A program made the position numbers and the translations under genes. Positions 8,743-17,931 of a stretch of DNA of 41,072 nt are shown here, one piece after another. The notes under the pieces are model-generated. The model worked only from the letters and a program-made list of their open reading frames with translations. It was not told the DNA's origin and did no database searches. Origin of the DNA: a candidate division WOR-3 bacterium. GTDB taxonomy: Bacteria; Hydrothermota; Tepidihabitantia; Tepidihabitantales; CAIPLT01. The first letter of the stretch is position 1; every line of letters begins with the position of its first letter. The stretch is taken from contig CBFGJZ010000005.1 of assembly GCA_965649215.1 (NCBI GenBank), positions 44,553 through 85,624 on the forward strand, read 5' to 3'.

Positions 8743-11583
8743 ATGAAAAAGGGAAAAATATTTCTTGTTCCATTTGGTAAACTCAAGACTACAGATTTTT
8801 TATTTACGCAAGCAATTAAACATATTCCGGGTCATGATTATTCGCAAATTGTCTACATTGGACCAACTCCCCGCAAAATTCGTGATGCCCAGGTGAGTTT
8901 TACCAAAGCCGTTTCCAATCAATGTTTTATTCCACCTCATTTCTATACTATTAAGCAATATACGACTGAACTCTTTCAAACCTATAATACAGATAAGAAA
9001 AAACTATCTGATTTTATCAAACCGCTGATTCTTAAAAAACTTGACCCTGCTCTATCGCTTGGTTATGCCCATTCAATTTCTGAGTTCATTCGTGATATAA
9101 AACAATATCTATTTGATTTATCGGAACGCAAACTCAAAAACCAAATCTTAATGCATCTTCGGGATCATAATTGTAGCAAGGATGACGAACTCTATCAAAG
9201 AATTCAAAAGATACTTACCATTTATACTCAATACAATAAAATATTAACTAAGCATAATTACTATGACGATGAAGACATTATCAAATCAGCAATTGAATAT
9301 ATTAAAGAAAAAGTTGCGATCAAAATCTTAATACTTGATGGCTTCTTTTATGATTTAACAAAATTAGAAGAAAAAATTGTTGAGGCATTGATCAATAAGG
9401 CGGAAACGATCTATGCCTTATCATTCTATGATGAACGCACGCCCCAATCTTATGCATTGCCTCAAGAATTCTTAACTTTTATTCGTAAATTAAATCAACT
9501 TGATGAAGAAATAATTCGGGAGCCAACTGAAATTCGCTATCAATTACCTTATTATGTCTGCGCTTCAATTGATGAAGAAGTGGAATTCATTGCTCGTCAG
9601 ATAAAAACCGCAGCCATAGAAAAACAAACTTCATTAGCCAACACTTTAGTCTGTTTTAGCAATCTTCAAGAATATGAAAAAACTGTGCGTCGCATTTTCA
9701 AAAAATATCAAATTCCCTGTTCAATGTATAGCACTCAAGCGTTGGCTAAGACCAAACCCGTTATTGCGATTTTAGAACTCCTCCGCGCAATTATCAACAA
9801 TTATCCCCGCTTGTCAACCGTTGCAGTACTGGTTTCTGATCATTTCCAACGATTTTCCGCGCAAGTTAAAAATAACATTGACTATCTATCTAAAAAAGCT
9901 AATATTATGAAATCCCTCAGCAGTTGGCAAACACTCAATAAGACGCTTAAAACTATCTTAACCGAAGAAAGAAGATTTACTCCAACCTTACAAAAAACCA
10001 TTGACCAAATTCAGAAAGAAATAAGAACATTTCTTGTCTTATCTGAAAAATTTCGCCAGTCTAAAGAGACGCTTAAAGGATACACAAAAGGATTACGTCA
10101 ACTACTTGCTCAATTACAATGGTGTCAAAACACTAACGAGTTATCTCGAGAAATATTAATTATCAAAGATGAATTCTATCAAATTCTGTCTCAAATTGAA
10201 AACTTTGAAAATGACTTTGGAGAATTCAAAATCAGTTTAGAAGAATATCTCAAAGTCCTTGAATATTTTTTAGAGCGCAGTGAAATTATCCCCGAACTAA
10301 CAACCCATGGGGTTAACGTGCTCGGTTTTGCAGAAACACGAGGACTTGATTGTGATTATCTCTATTTTGGCGGTTTAAGTGAAGACAAATTTCCTGGTAA
10401 AACGCGTTTTGACCCGATTTTACCTGAATGGTTAAAACAAAAACTCAACCTGCCCAGTTTTCAACAACATCTCTTGCGCACTCGTTTCCATTATTTTCGA
10501 TTAGTTAATACCCCGCGACTAAAAACAATCCTCTCTTTCTATAACACTGACCAAGACCGAGTCTATCTACCATCACCTTACTTAAACGGCGAAGCAATAA
10601 TACCACCTAAAGAAAATACGATCTTCTCTTTAGAACAACTCCAACAAGAAACTGGACGGCAAGAAAAAATAGATGTTAATACTTTAATGCCACTGATTGA
10701 CTTTTCCCAAGATGAAGAAATAAAAGAAATGTTAAATCAACGCTTTGGTTATCAATCCCATTTTTCTGTCACCACTTTAGAAAAGTATCCTAGCTGTCCC
10801 TATAAATTTTATCTAGACGAGATAATTGAGATAGAAACATTAACTGAACCCGAATATAAAATCGAACCCAAAATGTGGGGTAATATTGTCCATAAGATAT
10901 TTGAGAAACTTTATAAGCATGAGGTAGTGCCAATAGAAAAACTCAGCGATCAAATCAAGAAAATATCCGATATCGTCCTCAAAGAAAATAAATTAAGCCA
11001 ATTTTGGCAAGATGTTGGTCGTCGAGTTATTCAAAATTTAATACCATCGTTTATTACGATTGAACAAAATCTCCGCAACCAGGGTTTTATACCTTATTCG
11101 ACTGAAAATCGTCTCCGCGCGAGAATTAACAAAGCTATCAAGATTAGCGGTAAAATTGACCGTCTTGACAAAAATCAAAACAACCAAGTTATTATCCTTG
11201 ACTATAAAACAGGGACGATAATTAAACCATCACAAGAAAATGTTCAAATTGGTATCAGCTTACAATTACCACTTTATGCCTATTTAGTTAAGAAAAACTA
11301 CCCTACTTATCAAATTATCAATGCGGGCTTTTATTCAACTGAGAACGATCAGATTATATGGCTGATAAATAATGATAAAATAGACATCGACACTTTTATT
11401 AATATCGCCTGCCAATCTGCCCAAACAATTATCCAAAATATCCGTCAAGGTCTATTTCATTTAGAACCTGTATCATCATGTCAATATGAGTGCCCTTACA
11501 ATTCTATCTGTCCAATTAAACTAAACCCTCCTCCGACAAAAAATGAAGCAATAAAAAACAACACTTTTTCAGATGATGAATGA
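8743..11583 (+). CDS. addB: AddB-like subunit (inactive helicase fold plus PD-(D/E)XK nuclease with Fe-S staple)
   Basis: SVTTLEKYPSCPYKF, GNIVH, GKIDRLD..IILDYKTG, LQLPLY, CQYECPYNSIC; overlaps addA start. Confidence 0.85.
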   Translation: MKKGKIFLVPFGKLKTTDFLFTQAIKHIPGHDYSQIVYIGPTPRKIRDAQVSFTKAVSNQCFIPPHFYTIKQYTTELFQTYNTDKKKLSDFIKPLILKKLDPALSLGYAHSISEFIRDIKQYLFDLSERKLKNQILMHLRDHNCSKDDELYQRIQKILTIYTQYNKILTKHNYYDDEDIIKSAIEYIKEKVAIKILILDGFFYDLTKLEEKIVEALINKAETIYALSFYDERTPQSYALPQEFLTFIRKLNQLDEEIIREPTEIRYQLPYYVCASIDEEVEFIARQIKTAAIEKQTSLANTLVCFSNLQEYEKTVRRIFKKYQIPCSMYSTQALAKTKPVIAILELLRAIINNYPRLSTVAVLVSDHFQRFSAQVKNNIDYLSKKANIMKSLSSWQTLNKTLKTILTEERRFTPTLQKTIDQIQKEIRTFLVLSEKFRQSKETLKGYTKGLRQLLAQLQWCQNTNELSREILIIKDEFYQILSQIENFENDFGEFKISLEEYLKVLEYFLERSEIIPELTTHGVNVLGFAETRGLDCDYLYFGGLSEDKFPGKTRFDPILPEWLKQKLNLPSFQQHLLRTRFHYFRLVNTPRLKTILSFYNTDQDRVYLPSPYLNGEAIIPPKENTIFSLEQLQQETGRQEKIDVNTLMPLIDFSQDEEIKEMLNQRFGYQSHFSVTTLEKYPSCPYKFYLDEIIEIETLTEPEYKIEPKMWGNIVHKIFEKLYKHEVVPIEKLSDQIKKISDIVLKENKLSQFWQDVGRRVIQNLIPSFITIEQNLRNQGFIPYSTENRLRARINKAIKISGKIDRLDKNQNNQVIILDYKTGTIIKPSQENVQIGISLQLPLYAYLVKKNYPTYQIINAGFYSTENDQIIWLINNDKIDIDTFINIACQSAQTIIQNIRQGLFHLEPVSSCQYECPYNSICPIKLNPPPTKNEAIKNNTFSDDE

Positions 11584-14500
11584 AAAGTTAAAAAGTAAAA
11601 TAATTTCCGCACCCGCTGGGTCAGGAAAGACTGAACGGTTAGCTCGACGTTATATTGAACTCTTGCAATATGTCGAACCTGAACGAATCTTGACTATTAC
11701 TTTTACTGATAAAGCTGCAGCGGAAATGAAAGAACGCATCTTTAAAATCTTAAAAGAAAGCGACCCTGAAAAATATCATCTTCTAAAAGAAAAATCTTTA
11801 CAACTGCGAATCCAAACTATCGATTCATTTTGTTTTTCGCTTCTGCGTCGATTTTTCCATTTAATTGACTATCAACCTGATTTAGAAGTATTGACTGATA
11901 CTACTTATCTCAAAGAATTATCAATGTCTAATACTTTACTGACAATTGCTGAGCACGGAACAAGAGATAACGAGTACACCACTCTGATCGATCTAATTAC
12001 CACCAATAAATTCAAAGGCTGGAATACACTACAAAAACTCTTCAATGCCCTATATTCAGCTCGGTTATCACCCGCTCGAGCTAAATTACCAGAAATTATT
12101 GGTTTTGAAAATCTACCCCAATTAATTATTGATTTACAACAAAACCCCTTTACTAAACAAAAGATTCCTGATTTTCAATTTAAAATTCCCAAAAATCTCC
12201 AAGAAGCCGAAATACTTAAACAACGAATCGAATCAATTGAAGATTTTTTTCTCACTAAAAGTAACAAAACACCCCGTAAACAAGGTTGTAATGAATTTGA
12301 ACAGCAATGGAATATTAAGATGGCTGAATATCGGCGAATTATCTTTAATCTCACCAGTAACTTTCGCTTTCAAAGCACTTTTGAGCTCTTTACCAATCGT
12401 TTCTTGACTGATTTTCAGCAAATGAAAAAATCTTTAAATCAAGTCGATTTTGCCGATTTAGAAATTCTCGCTTATGAAATCTTAACTAACCATCCTGAAT
12501 GGGCGAATATTTTATTTCTTTTTGATGAGCATACCGACCATATTTTAGTTGATGAGTTTCAGGATACAAGTTTTTTGCAATGGGCAATCATCTCAAAACT
12601 CGCTGAAGAATGGCTCTCAGGTCTTGGTGCGAAACGAGACCGAAATATTAGCCCAACCCTCTTTTTGGTTGGCGATGATAAACAATCAATCTATCTCTTC
12701 CGCAATGCCCACCCGGAAATATTTGAGAGAGCAAAACAAAAGCTTTCGGAAAGCCTTGCTTCAGACGAGTATGACTACGAAGAAGTCACAAGCAATTATC
12801 GTAGCCTCCAAGCAATTATTGAATTTACCAATCATGTCTTTGATCAATTAATGTCACCTGCAGCAGATAAACCTGCCTGGGCAACTCGTTACAAAAAATT
12901 TAAATGCGAAAGAAACAATAAAAATCCTGGCTGTGTTGAACTTATTTTAGCCCAAGGCCAAGGCAATCAAGAGGAATTAAGAACCAAAGACGCTGAATTA
13001 GTCGCAAAAAAGATTTTATCTATCATTGGCAAACCGCTCGTCTACGATCGAGACGAAAATCCCCGCGCAGTTCGTTATGAAGATATCACAATTCTTCTGC
13101 GAGCCCGCACTCATCTTGCCTATTATGAGAATGCTTTACGAAAAAATAAAATTCCTTTTATCGTTGTTAAAGGCATTGGCTTTTATGATACCCTTGAAAT
13201 CACTCTCTTACGGGCAATCCTAAACTTTTTAGTCTCGCCTTCAGATGATTTTAGTCTCTATCTAATTCTCAAAAGCCCGCTCTTTAATCTTACTGAAAAA
13301 GAAATCTTTATGATTAGCCAAACCAACTTGACTGATGAACTTTCATCTTTATGGCAACGGCTTATCAAATATAGCACCAAACACTCGCAATATCAAAAAA
13401 CAGTTGAAATCCTTAATGACTATCTCAAACAAGTTTATGTAAAGCCCCTATCCGAAATCATTGAAAACATTCTTGACAATCACGAAGGTTGGAAATATTT
13501 TTACGAACCACAACGAACAGTTAATATAAAAAAATTCCTAAGAATTGTCGAACAATTAGAATCTGATGGTATGCATCCAATTTTAATTGCGGATTATTTT
13601 GCCAAGAATGTGAGTGCGGATGAACCCAAAGCCAATGTCAATACTGAAGGTAGAAATGAAGTCAAAATTATGACTGTGCATGCTGCCAAGGGACTTCAAT
13701 TTCCAATTGTCTTTGTTGTTGGTTTAGATAAAAGTATCGAAAATAAGGGTAATCAAGAATTAATCATCAATGAAATAGATGAAAATACTGTCTATGTCTT
13801 ATATGAAGCTGATAGCACACTGCGTAAACAATACCCAATCTTTCAAGAAAAGAAAGAAAAAGAATATGAAGAAGAAAAACGAATTTTTTATGTGGCGGTG
13901 ACTCGAGCGCGAGATGCGTTGTATCTAACTGGTATTGATAATCTCGGAAAAAATACTCCAATATCTCCTTTAAAATGGCTTAAAGAATATTTACCAATCA
14001 ATTACGACCCTAAAACACAATCCTATTCAAGCCCTACCAAAATTACCGGATTTTCTATTATCACTGATAAAGAACTTGACCAAGCCGCGATAGCAACACC
14101 GCCTATAATTAAAGAAATCATTGAGAAAAAATTATGCATAGAACCAATTATTGAACAACCCGAATATATCTGGCAAGCCGTCACTAAAGAAACAGAGGAA
14201 ATCTATCGTCAAATCCGCCATCGGCACGGTGACGATTATATCATTTTAGGTGATATTCTCCATAAAATCTTTGAGAAGATTTCCCAAGCTGAACTTAAAT
14301 TTCAACTAACAGATTTAATCAAGGAAGCCCAACGATTATGCTTACTTAAGAACTATCATCAAGAAACCTGTAAAATAATTCTTAAAGAAATCGGGCAACA
14401 ATTTACAATCCTTAAAAACACCGACATTGAAAAAATCATACTCCCGCAAAAAAACAGTTATGCAGAACTACCTTTTATTTTAAAACAAGAACGCACTATT

Positions 14501-14722
14501 TACAGTGGTCGTATTGACCGCCTTATTATTCAAGAAAACACAATTAACATTTATGACTATAAAACCTTTCCGCTCAAAAAGTCCGAAATCCCAACTCTCA
14601 AAGAAATCTATGCCAATCAGATGTCAATCTATCAAAAAGCAGTATCTGAACTCTTTCCTAACCATCCAATCAACACCTATCTTGTTTTTACCGCCATAGC
14701 AGAAGTCATTAGCTTACCCTAA
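11573..14722 (+). CDS. addA: AddA-like UvrD/SF1 helicase-nuclease
   Basis: APAGSGKT, TFTDKAAAEMKERI, LVDEFQDT, VGDDKQSIY.FR, NYRS, MTVHAAKGLQF, YVAVTRAR, C-terminal GRIDRL..YDYKT nuclease. Confidence 0.9.
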   Translation: MMNEKLKSKIISAPAGSGKTERLARRYIELLQYVEPERILTITFTDKAAAEMKERIFKILKESDPEKYHLLKEKSLQLRIQTIDSFCFSLLRRFFHLIDYQPDLEVLTDTTYLKELSMSNTLLTIAEHGTRDNEYTTLIDLITTNKFKGWNTLQKLFNALYSARLSPARAKLPEIIGFENLPQLIIDLQQNPFTKQKIPDFQFKIPKNLQEAEILKQRIESIEDFFLTKSNKTPRKQGCNEFEQQWNIKMAEYRRIIFNLTSNFRFQSTFELFTNRFLTDFQQMKKSLNQVDFADLEILAYEILTNHPEWANILFLFDEHTDHILVDEFQDTSFLQWAIISKLAEEWLSGLGAKRDRNISPTLFLVGDDKQSIYLFRNAHPEIFERAKQKLSESLASDEYDYEEVTSNYRSLQAIIEFTNHVFDQLMSPAADKPAWATRYKKFKCERNNKNPGCVELILAQGQGNQEELRTKDAELVAKKILSIIGKPLVYDRDENPRAVRYEDITILLRARTHLAYYENALRKNKIPFIVVKGIGFYDTLEITLLRAILNFLVSPSDDFSLYLILKSPLFNLTEKEIFMISQTNLTDELSSLWQRLIKYSTKHSQYQKTVEILNDYLKQVYVKPLSEIIENILDNHEGWKYFYEPQRTVNIKKFLRIVEQLESDGMHPILIADYFAKNVSADEPKANVNTEGRNEVKIMTVHAAKGLQFPIVFVVGLDKSIENKGNQELIINEIDENTVYVLYEADSTLRKQYPIFQEKKEKEYEEEKRIFYVAVTRARDALYLTGIDNLGKNTPISPLKWLKEYLPINYDPKTQSYSSPTKITGFSIITDKELDQAAIATPPIIKEIIEKKLCIEPIIEQPEYIWQAVTKETEEIYRQIRHRHGDDYIILGDILHKIFEKISQAELKFQLTDLIKEAQRLCLLKNYHQETCKIILKEIGQQFTILKNTDIEKIILPQKNSYAELPFILKQERTIYSGRIDRLIIQENTINIYDYKTFPLKKSEIPTLKEIYANQMSIYQKAVSELFPNHPINTYLVFTAIAEVISLP

Positions 14723-15195
14723 AATCATTTTCTATTAATATTCAATAATAATTCAAAATAAAATTTTAACATTTCAAACCAATACCTTAAAAGAAAACTT
14801 AAAACTTATCTTTAGTCCTTATACCCCACTTTGGTTTATTAAGGCCAAACTTATCATAAGAATTCTCATCTAAATCTACGCTCAAATATCTGACAATTCA
14901 TTAAAGATAAGTCCAAACAAATTATCATACTTATAATAATTTAAGTTGGTATTAATTACTCAAATGTCTATCTTAAAGCGACTAAGTAAGCCGACTAACT
15001 ACTAAAATATAACAAAGAAAACCCCGACCAAAACCGAGCCCTCCTACAATACCGAGGCACGCCTATGCCATAACGCCAGCAAGCCCCTTGTCAAGAAAAA
15101 GATTATTTATCTTTGTAAATCAATAACTTAAATTCAAATAAATTAATACAAATATGTTAACATATTCTATGAAATTGCAAAGGACAGATTTTTAT

Positions 15196-15278
15196 GTCAT
15201 TGCAAGTTTATTTTGGGTATGGTAATCTCAAATAAATTATTTTTGAGATTCTCCCATCGTGTTATATTTTGTAATGAC
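15196..15278. repeat. Degenerate REP/RPE-like palindromic element
   Basis: Outer arms GTCATTGC (15196)...GTAATGAC (ends 15278) and inner arms AATCTCAAA (15224-15232)/TTTGAGATT (15242-15250). Resembles the GTCATTGCGAG..GCAATCTC..GAGATTGC..CGCAATGAC element family as recalled. Confidence 0.55.
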
Positions 15279-15329
15279 CTTTAATGAGTCCTTTGGATTT
15301 TAAATTTATACAAGAAAGGTGGTGATTAC

Positions 15330-15701
15330 ATGGCCGTAAGAAATGCTTTGCGACGTATTCAAAAATGGGATACAAAACTCAGCGGTGATGTTTTAAGCGA
15401 GAAAGTGGCAAATTTAAAACCGATGATGAAATCGCAGATTGAAGTTGAATTTCCGGCTCTGGTTAGCGTCGAAAACGAAGTCAAAATCATTCTTGGTGAG
15501 ATTGGACTATCTTCTTCTTTAAATCCGATCTATCTCAATTTTGCTCGCGAAGTCTATCGATTAAGTAAACGATTACATAGTAAACAACTCTTACTTGAAG
15601 TCAATGCCAGCATTGCTAAATGGACAACCCGTGGCTTTGACCGAGACATCTTAGAACGCATCCGCAATACTGTTTTCACTTTAACTACACCTCAACCATA
15701 A
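15330..15701 (+). CDS. Helical basic protein resembling rudivirus (SIRV2-fold, Adnaviria) major capsid protein
   Basis: SD AAAGGTGGTG and own terminator. Motifs R-x4-R-x2-KW-x2-K and P-x3-SV-x3-V-x2-[IV]L-x3-G[LI]-x6-IY-x2-F-x3-V-x-R-x3-R match the SIRV2 coat protein sequence recalled from memory. Confidence 0.7.
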   Translation: MAVRNALRRIQKWDTKLSGDVLSEKVANLKPMMKSQIEVEFPALVSVENEVKIILGEIGLSSSLNPIYLNFAREVYRLSKRLHSKQLLLEVNASIAKWTTRGFDRDILERIRNTVFTLTTPQP

Positions 15702-15716
15702 AAACACACTGAACCA

Positions 15717-15751
15717 ATTGGGACACATTCTAAGAAAGAATGTGTCCCAAT
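15717..15751. terminator. Hairpin between convergent genes, probable bidirectional terminator
   Basis: Perfect 15-bp stem ATTGGGACACATTCT / AGAATGTGTCCCAAT with 5-nt loop, followed by ATTTGTT. Confidence 0.8.
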
Positions 15752-15778
15752 ATTTGTTAATATATTAGTAATTACTAA

Positions 15779-15955
15779 CTATTTGGATTCGTCATATTCA
15801 ATATGCATGATACCGTTCTGACATTTCTCAAAACCAGTTATTGTTATTGTTCCATTAAAGCCAATTAGTTTTGGAGGCATTATCTTAAAATCAAGATCTC
15901 CCTCAATCGTAATAATACATCCTTCTTTTGACTGAAAAGTCTTATTAATTTTCAT
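15779..15955 (-). CDS. 58-aa hypothetical protein
   Basis: Not in ORF track. ATGA overlap with cupin stop, GAGGTGG SD; MKINKTFQSKEGCIITIEGDLDFKIMPPKLIGFNGTITITGFEKCQNGIMHIEYDESK. Confidence 0.65.
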   Translation of the reverse strand: MKINKTFQSKEGCIITIEGDLDFKIMPPKLIGFNGTITITGFEKCQNGIMHIEYDESK

Positions 15956-16323
15956 TTTGCACCACCTCTTATTTCTTCATTTTCTTTTCTCCAGGCAGGT
16001 TCAACAATACATAAAAAGACCAAATCGGTCTTACCAATATTTTTAATTCTTTGCATAGCTTGGCAAGGAATATAAATGACTTGGCCTTTACAAACCAATG
16101 CCTTTTCATTATTAATATACATGAGCCCTTTACCTTGAATAATATAATAGACCTCTGTGCTTTTTAATCTGTGCCATAAGGTTGTTTTATTAGCTTTAAC
16201 TTTGGCAATTGCTAAACTGTAGTTAATTGGAAGCTTCTCTTTTAGCGGATTCAATAATTCCCTTAAGATTGATTTGTCACCTGCAATTATCTCTGGACAT
16301 TTTTTATAGTCTTTAATCATCAT
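15952..16323 (-). CDS. Cupin domain protein
   Basis: H-x5-EVYYIIQGKG and GQVIYIP...QRIKNIG cupin motifs. Confidence 0.88.
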   Translation of the reverse strand: MMIKDYKKCPEIIAGDKSILRELLNPLKEKLPINYSLAIAKVKANKTTLWHRLKSTEVYYIIQGKGLMYINNEKALVCKGQVIYIPCQAMQRIKNIGKTDLVFLCIVEPAWRKENEEIRGGAK

Positions 16324-16346
16324 ATCAATTCCTCTTGCTTAACATT

Positions 16347-16374
16347 ACTATAACTAACTCAACGATTAAGTCAA
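16347..16374 (-). promoter_or_regulatory. Sigma70-type promoter of cupin gene
   Basis: Minus strand TTGACT-N16-TATAGT. Confidence 0.6.
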
Positions 16375-16386
16375 GTTGCAAACATC

Positions 16387-16414
16387 TTGACTTTTATGAT
16401 ATTTTTAGCATACT
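16387..16414 (+). promoter_or_regulatory. Sigma70-type promoter of MazG-like gene (possibly leaderless)
   Basis: TTGACT-N16-CATACT-N5-GTG(16420). Confidence 0.5.
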
Positions 16415-16419
16415 TAATC

Positions 16420-16755
16420 GTGAACATTGACGAGTTTCAAACTCTCATCGAAAAGCTCTATTATGACAAAGATAAAAAGCGTGGTTTACAAGGTACTTTT
16501 ATGTGGTTTTGTGAAGAAGTTGGTGAATTGTCCCGAGCAATCAGAAAACACAAACTCAATGTTAAACAGTCAAAAAAACATCTTGAAGAAGAATTTGCTG
16601 ATTGCTTTGCCTGGCTGGTTACTTTAGCCAGTCTTTGTGGTGTAAAAATGTCTCAAGTAATTAAAAAATATAAAAATGGTTGTCCCAAATGCCACAAAAT
16701 TCCCTGTCAATGTCAAGAAAGTATCACTAAATCAAAAAGTAAAAAATATGGTTAA
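16420..16755 (+). CDS. MazG-like nucleotide pyrophosphohydrolase with C-terminal Cys cluster
   Basis: WFCEEVGELSRAI and EEEFADCFAWL (EExxE/EExAD) motifs; tail CPKCHKIPCQC; GTG start 16420 preferred. Confidence 0.85.
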   Translation: MNIDEFQTLIEKLYYDKDKKRGLQGTFMWFCEEVGELSRAIRKHKLNVKQSKKHLEEEFADCFAWLVTLASLCGVKMSQVIKKYKNGCPKCHKIPCQCQESITKSKSKKYG

Positions 16756-16800
16756 TATTTACAATATGTATTTTATCAATAACAATTTAGGAGGTAATTA

Positions 16801-17922
16801 ATGCAATTATTATTAATAACCTTAATGCTTATTAGCCAAATCTCACCTCCATCCCAAGTTCGTGCTTATGATACACCCAATGATGCAGGTAAACGCATCA
16901 CGGTGCAATGGAATCCGTGTTCGGACCCTGATATTGCAGGTTATCAAGTCTTTCGCTCTCAACAAGGTGAAAATCCTGTCTGTATCACAACCCTTTTGCC
17001 CGTTGAAAAACAATTTATTGATGAAGCCACCATTGATAATATACCTTATACTTATCAAATTGTTGCTTTTAAGGTTGTTAATGGTGAGACCATTCTTCTT
17101 GGTTCTGAATTTTCTAATGTTGCGGTAAGCAAACCCCAATGGTTTAATACAACCCGTATCAATGTCTTGGTTGGTATTATTATCTTCTTTACCTTAATCC
17201 TTTATTACATTTATCACGCCAAACGAGGCAAAAAACTTTTCATCCGTCGCATCGCTGGTTTAGATGCAGTCGAAGAAGCAGTCGGACGTGCCACAGAAAT
17301 GGGGAAACCAATTCTTTATGTGCCGGGCTTATCAACGGTCTCTGATATCGCAACCATTGCAGCTTTAAATATTTTAGGTGAAGTTGCTAAAAAAACTGCT
17401 CAATACGAAACTACGCTTTTAGTTCCTAATCGTGACCCGATTGTTTATACTGTGGCTCGAGAAATCGTTAAAGAAGCATATACCAGTGTTGGCCGACCCG
17501 ATGTTTATAAACCCGATAATATCTTTTTCATTACCGATAGCCAATTTGCTTATGCGGCAGCGGTTGATGGAATTATGGTTCGAGAAAAACCTGCAACTAA
17601 TTTCTTTCTTGGTATGTTCTGGGCCGAATCATTAATCTTGGCGGAAACCGGCGCTACCACTGGTGCAATACAAATTGCTGGTACTGACTCTATCTATCAA
17701 TTACCATTTTTTATTACGGCGTGCGATTATACATTAATTGGTGAAGAACTTTATGCCGCTTCAGCTTACCTTTCTCGAGAACCGCTCTTATTAGGTTCGT
17801 TAATCGGTCAAGACTATGGTAAACTTACCATCATTATAATTGTGATTATTGCCAGTATTTTAATGCTGTTAAGCACCAAAATACCAGTTTTAAATATTTT
17901 ACGATTTTTTAATGTCGGATAG
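16801..17922 (+). CDS. Membrane protein with N-terminal fibronectin type III domain and DUF6754-like domain
   Basis: Signal peptide, Fn3 (W..GYQVFRS..YTYQIVA), TM, then IRRIAGLDAVEEAVGRATEMGKP..IGEELYAASAYLS; strong AGGAGG SD. DUF number is from memory. Confidence 0.75.
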   Translation: MQLLLITLMLISQISPPSQVRAYDTPNDAGKRITVQWNPCSDPDIAGYQVFRSQQGENPVCITTLLPVEKQFIDEATIDNIPYTYQIVAFKVVNGETILLGSEFSNVAVSKPQWFNTTRINVLVGIIIFFTLILYYIYHAKRGKKLFIRRIAGLDAVEEAVGRATEMGKPILYVPGLSTVSDIATIAALNILGEVAKKTAQYETTLLVPNRDPIVYTVAREIVKEAYTSVGRPDVYKPDNIFFITDSQFAYAAAVDGIMVREKPATNFFLGMFWAESLILAETGATTGAIQIAGTDSIYQLPFFITACDYTLIGEELYAASAYLSREPLLLGSLIGQDYGKLTIIIIVIIASILMLLSTKIPVLNILRFFNVG

Positions 17923-17931
17923 GAGAAAAAT

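Noticed and set aside
8743-14722. Helicase-nuclease pair as a novel defence system
   Set aside because: Order, sizes and motifs (Fe-S staple nuclease, SF1 helicase with C-terminal nuclease) fit housekeeping AddAB.
14723-16755. Intact provirus or genomic island around the MCP-like gene
   Set aside because: No integrase, att-like repeats, tRNA or other viral genes seen; flanks are ordinary cellular genes.
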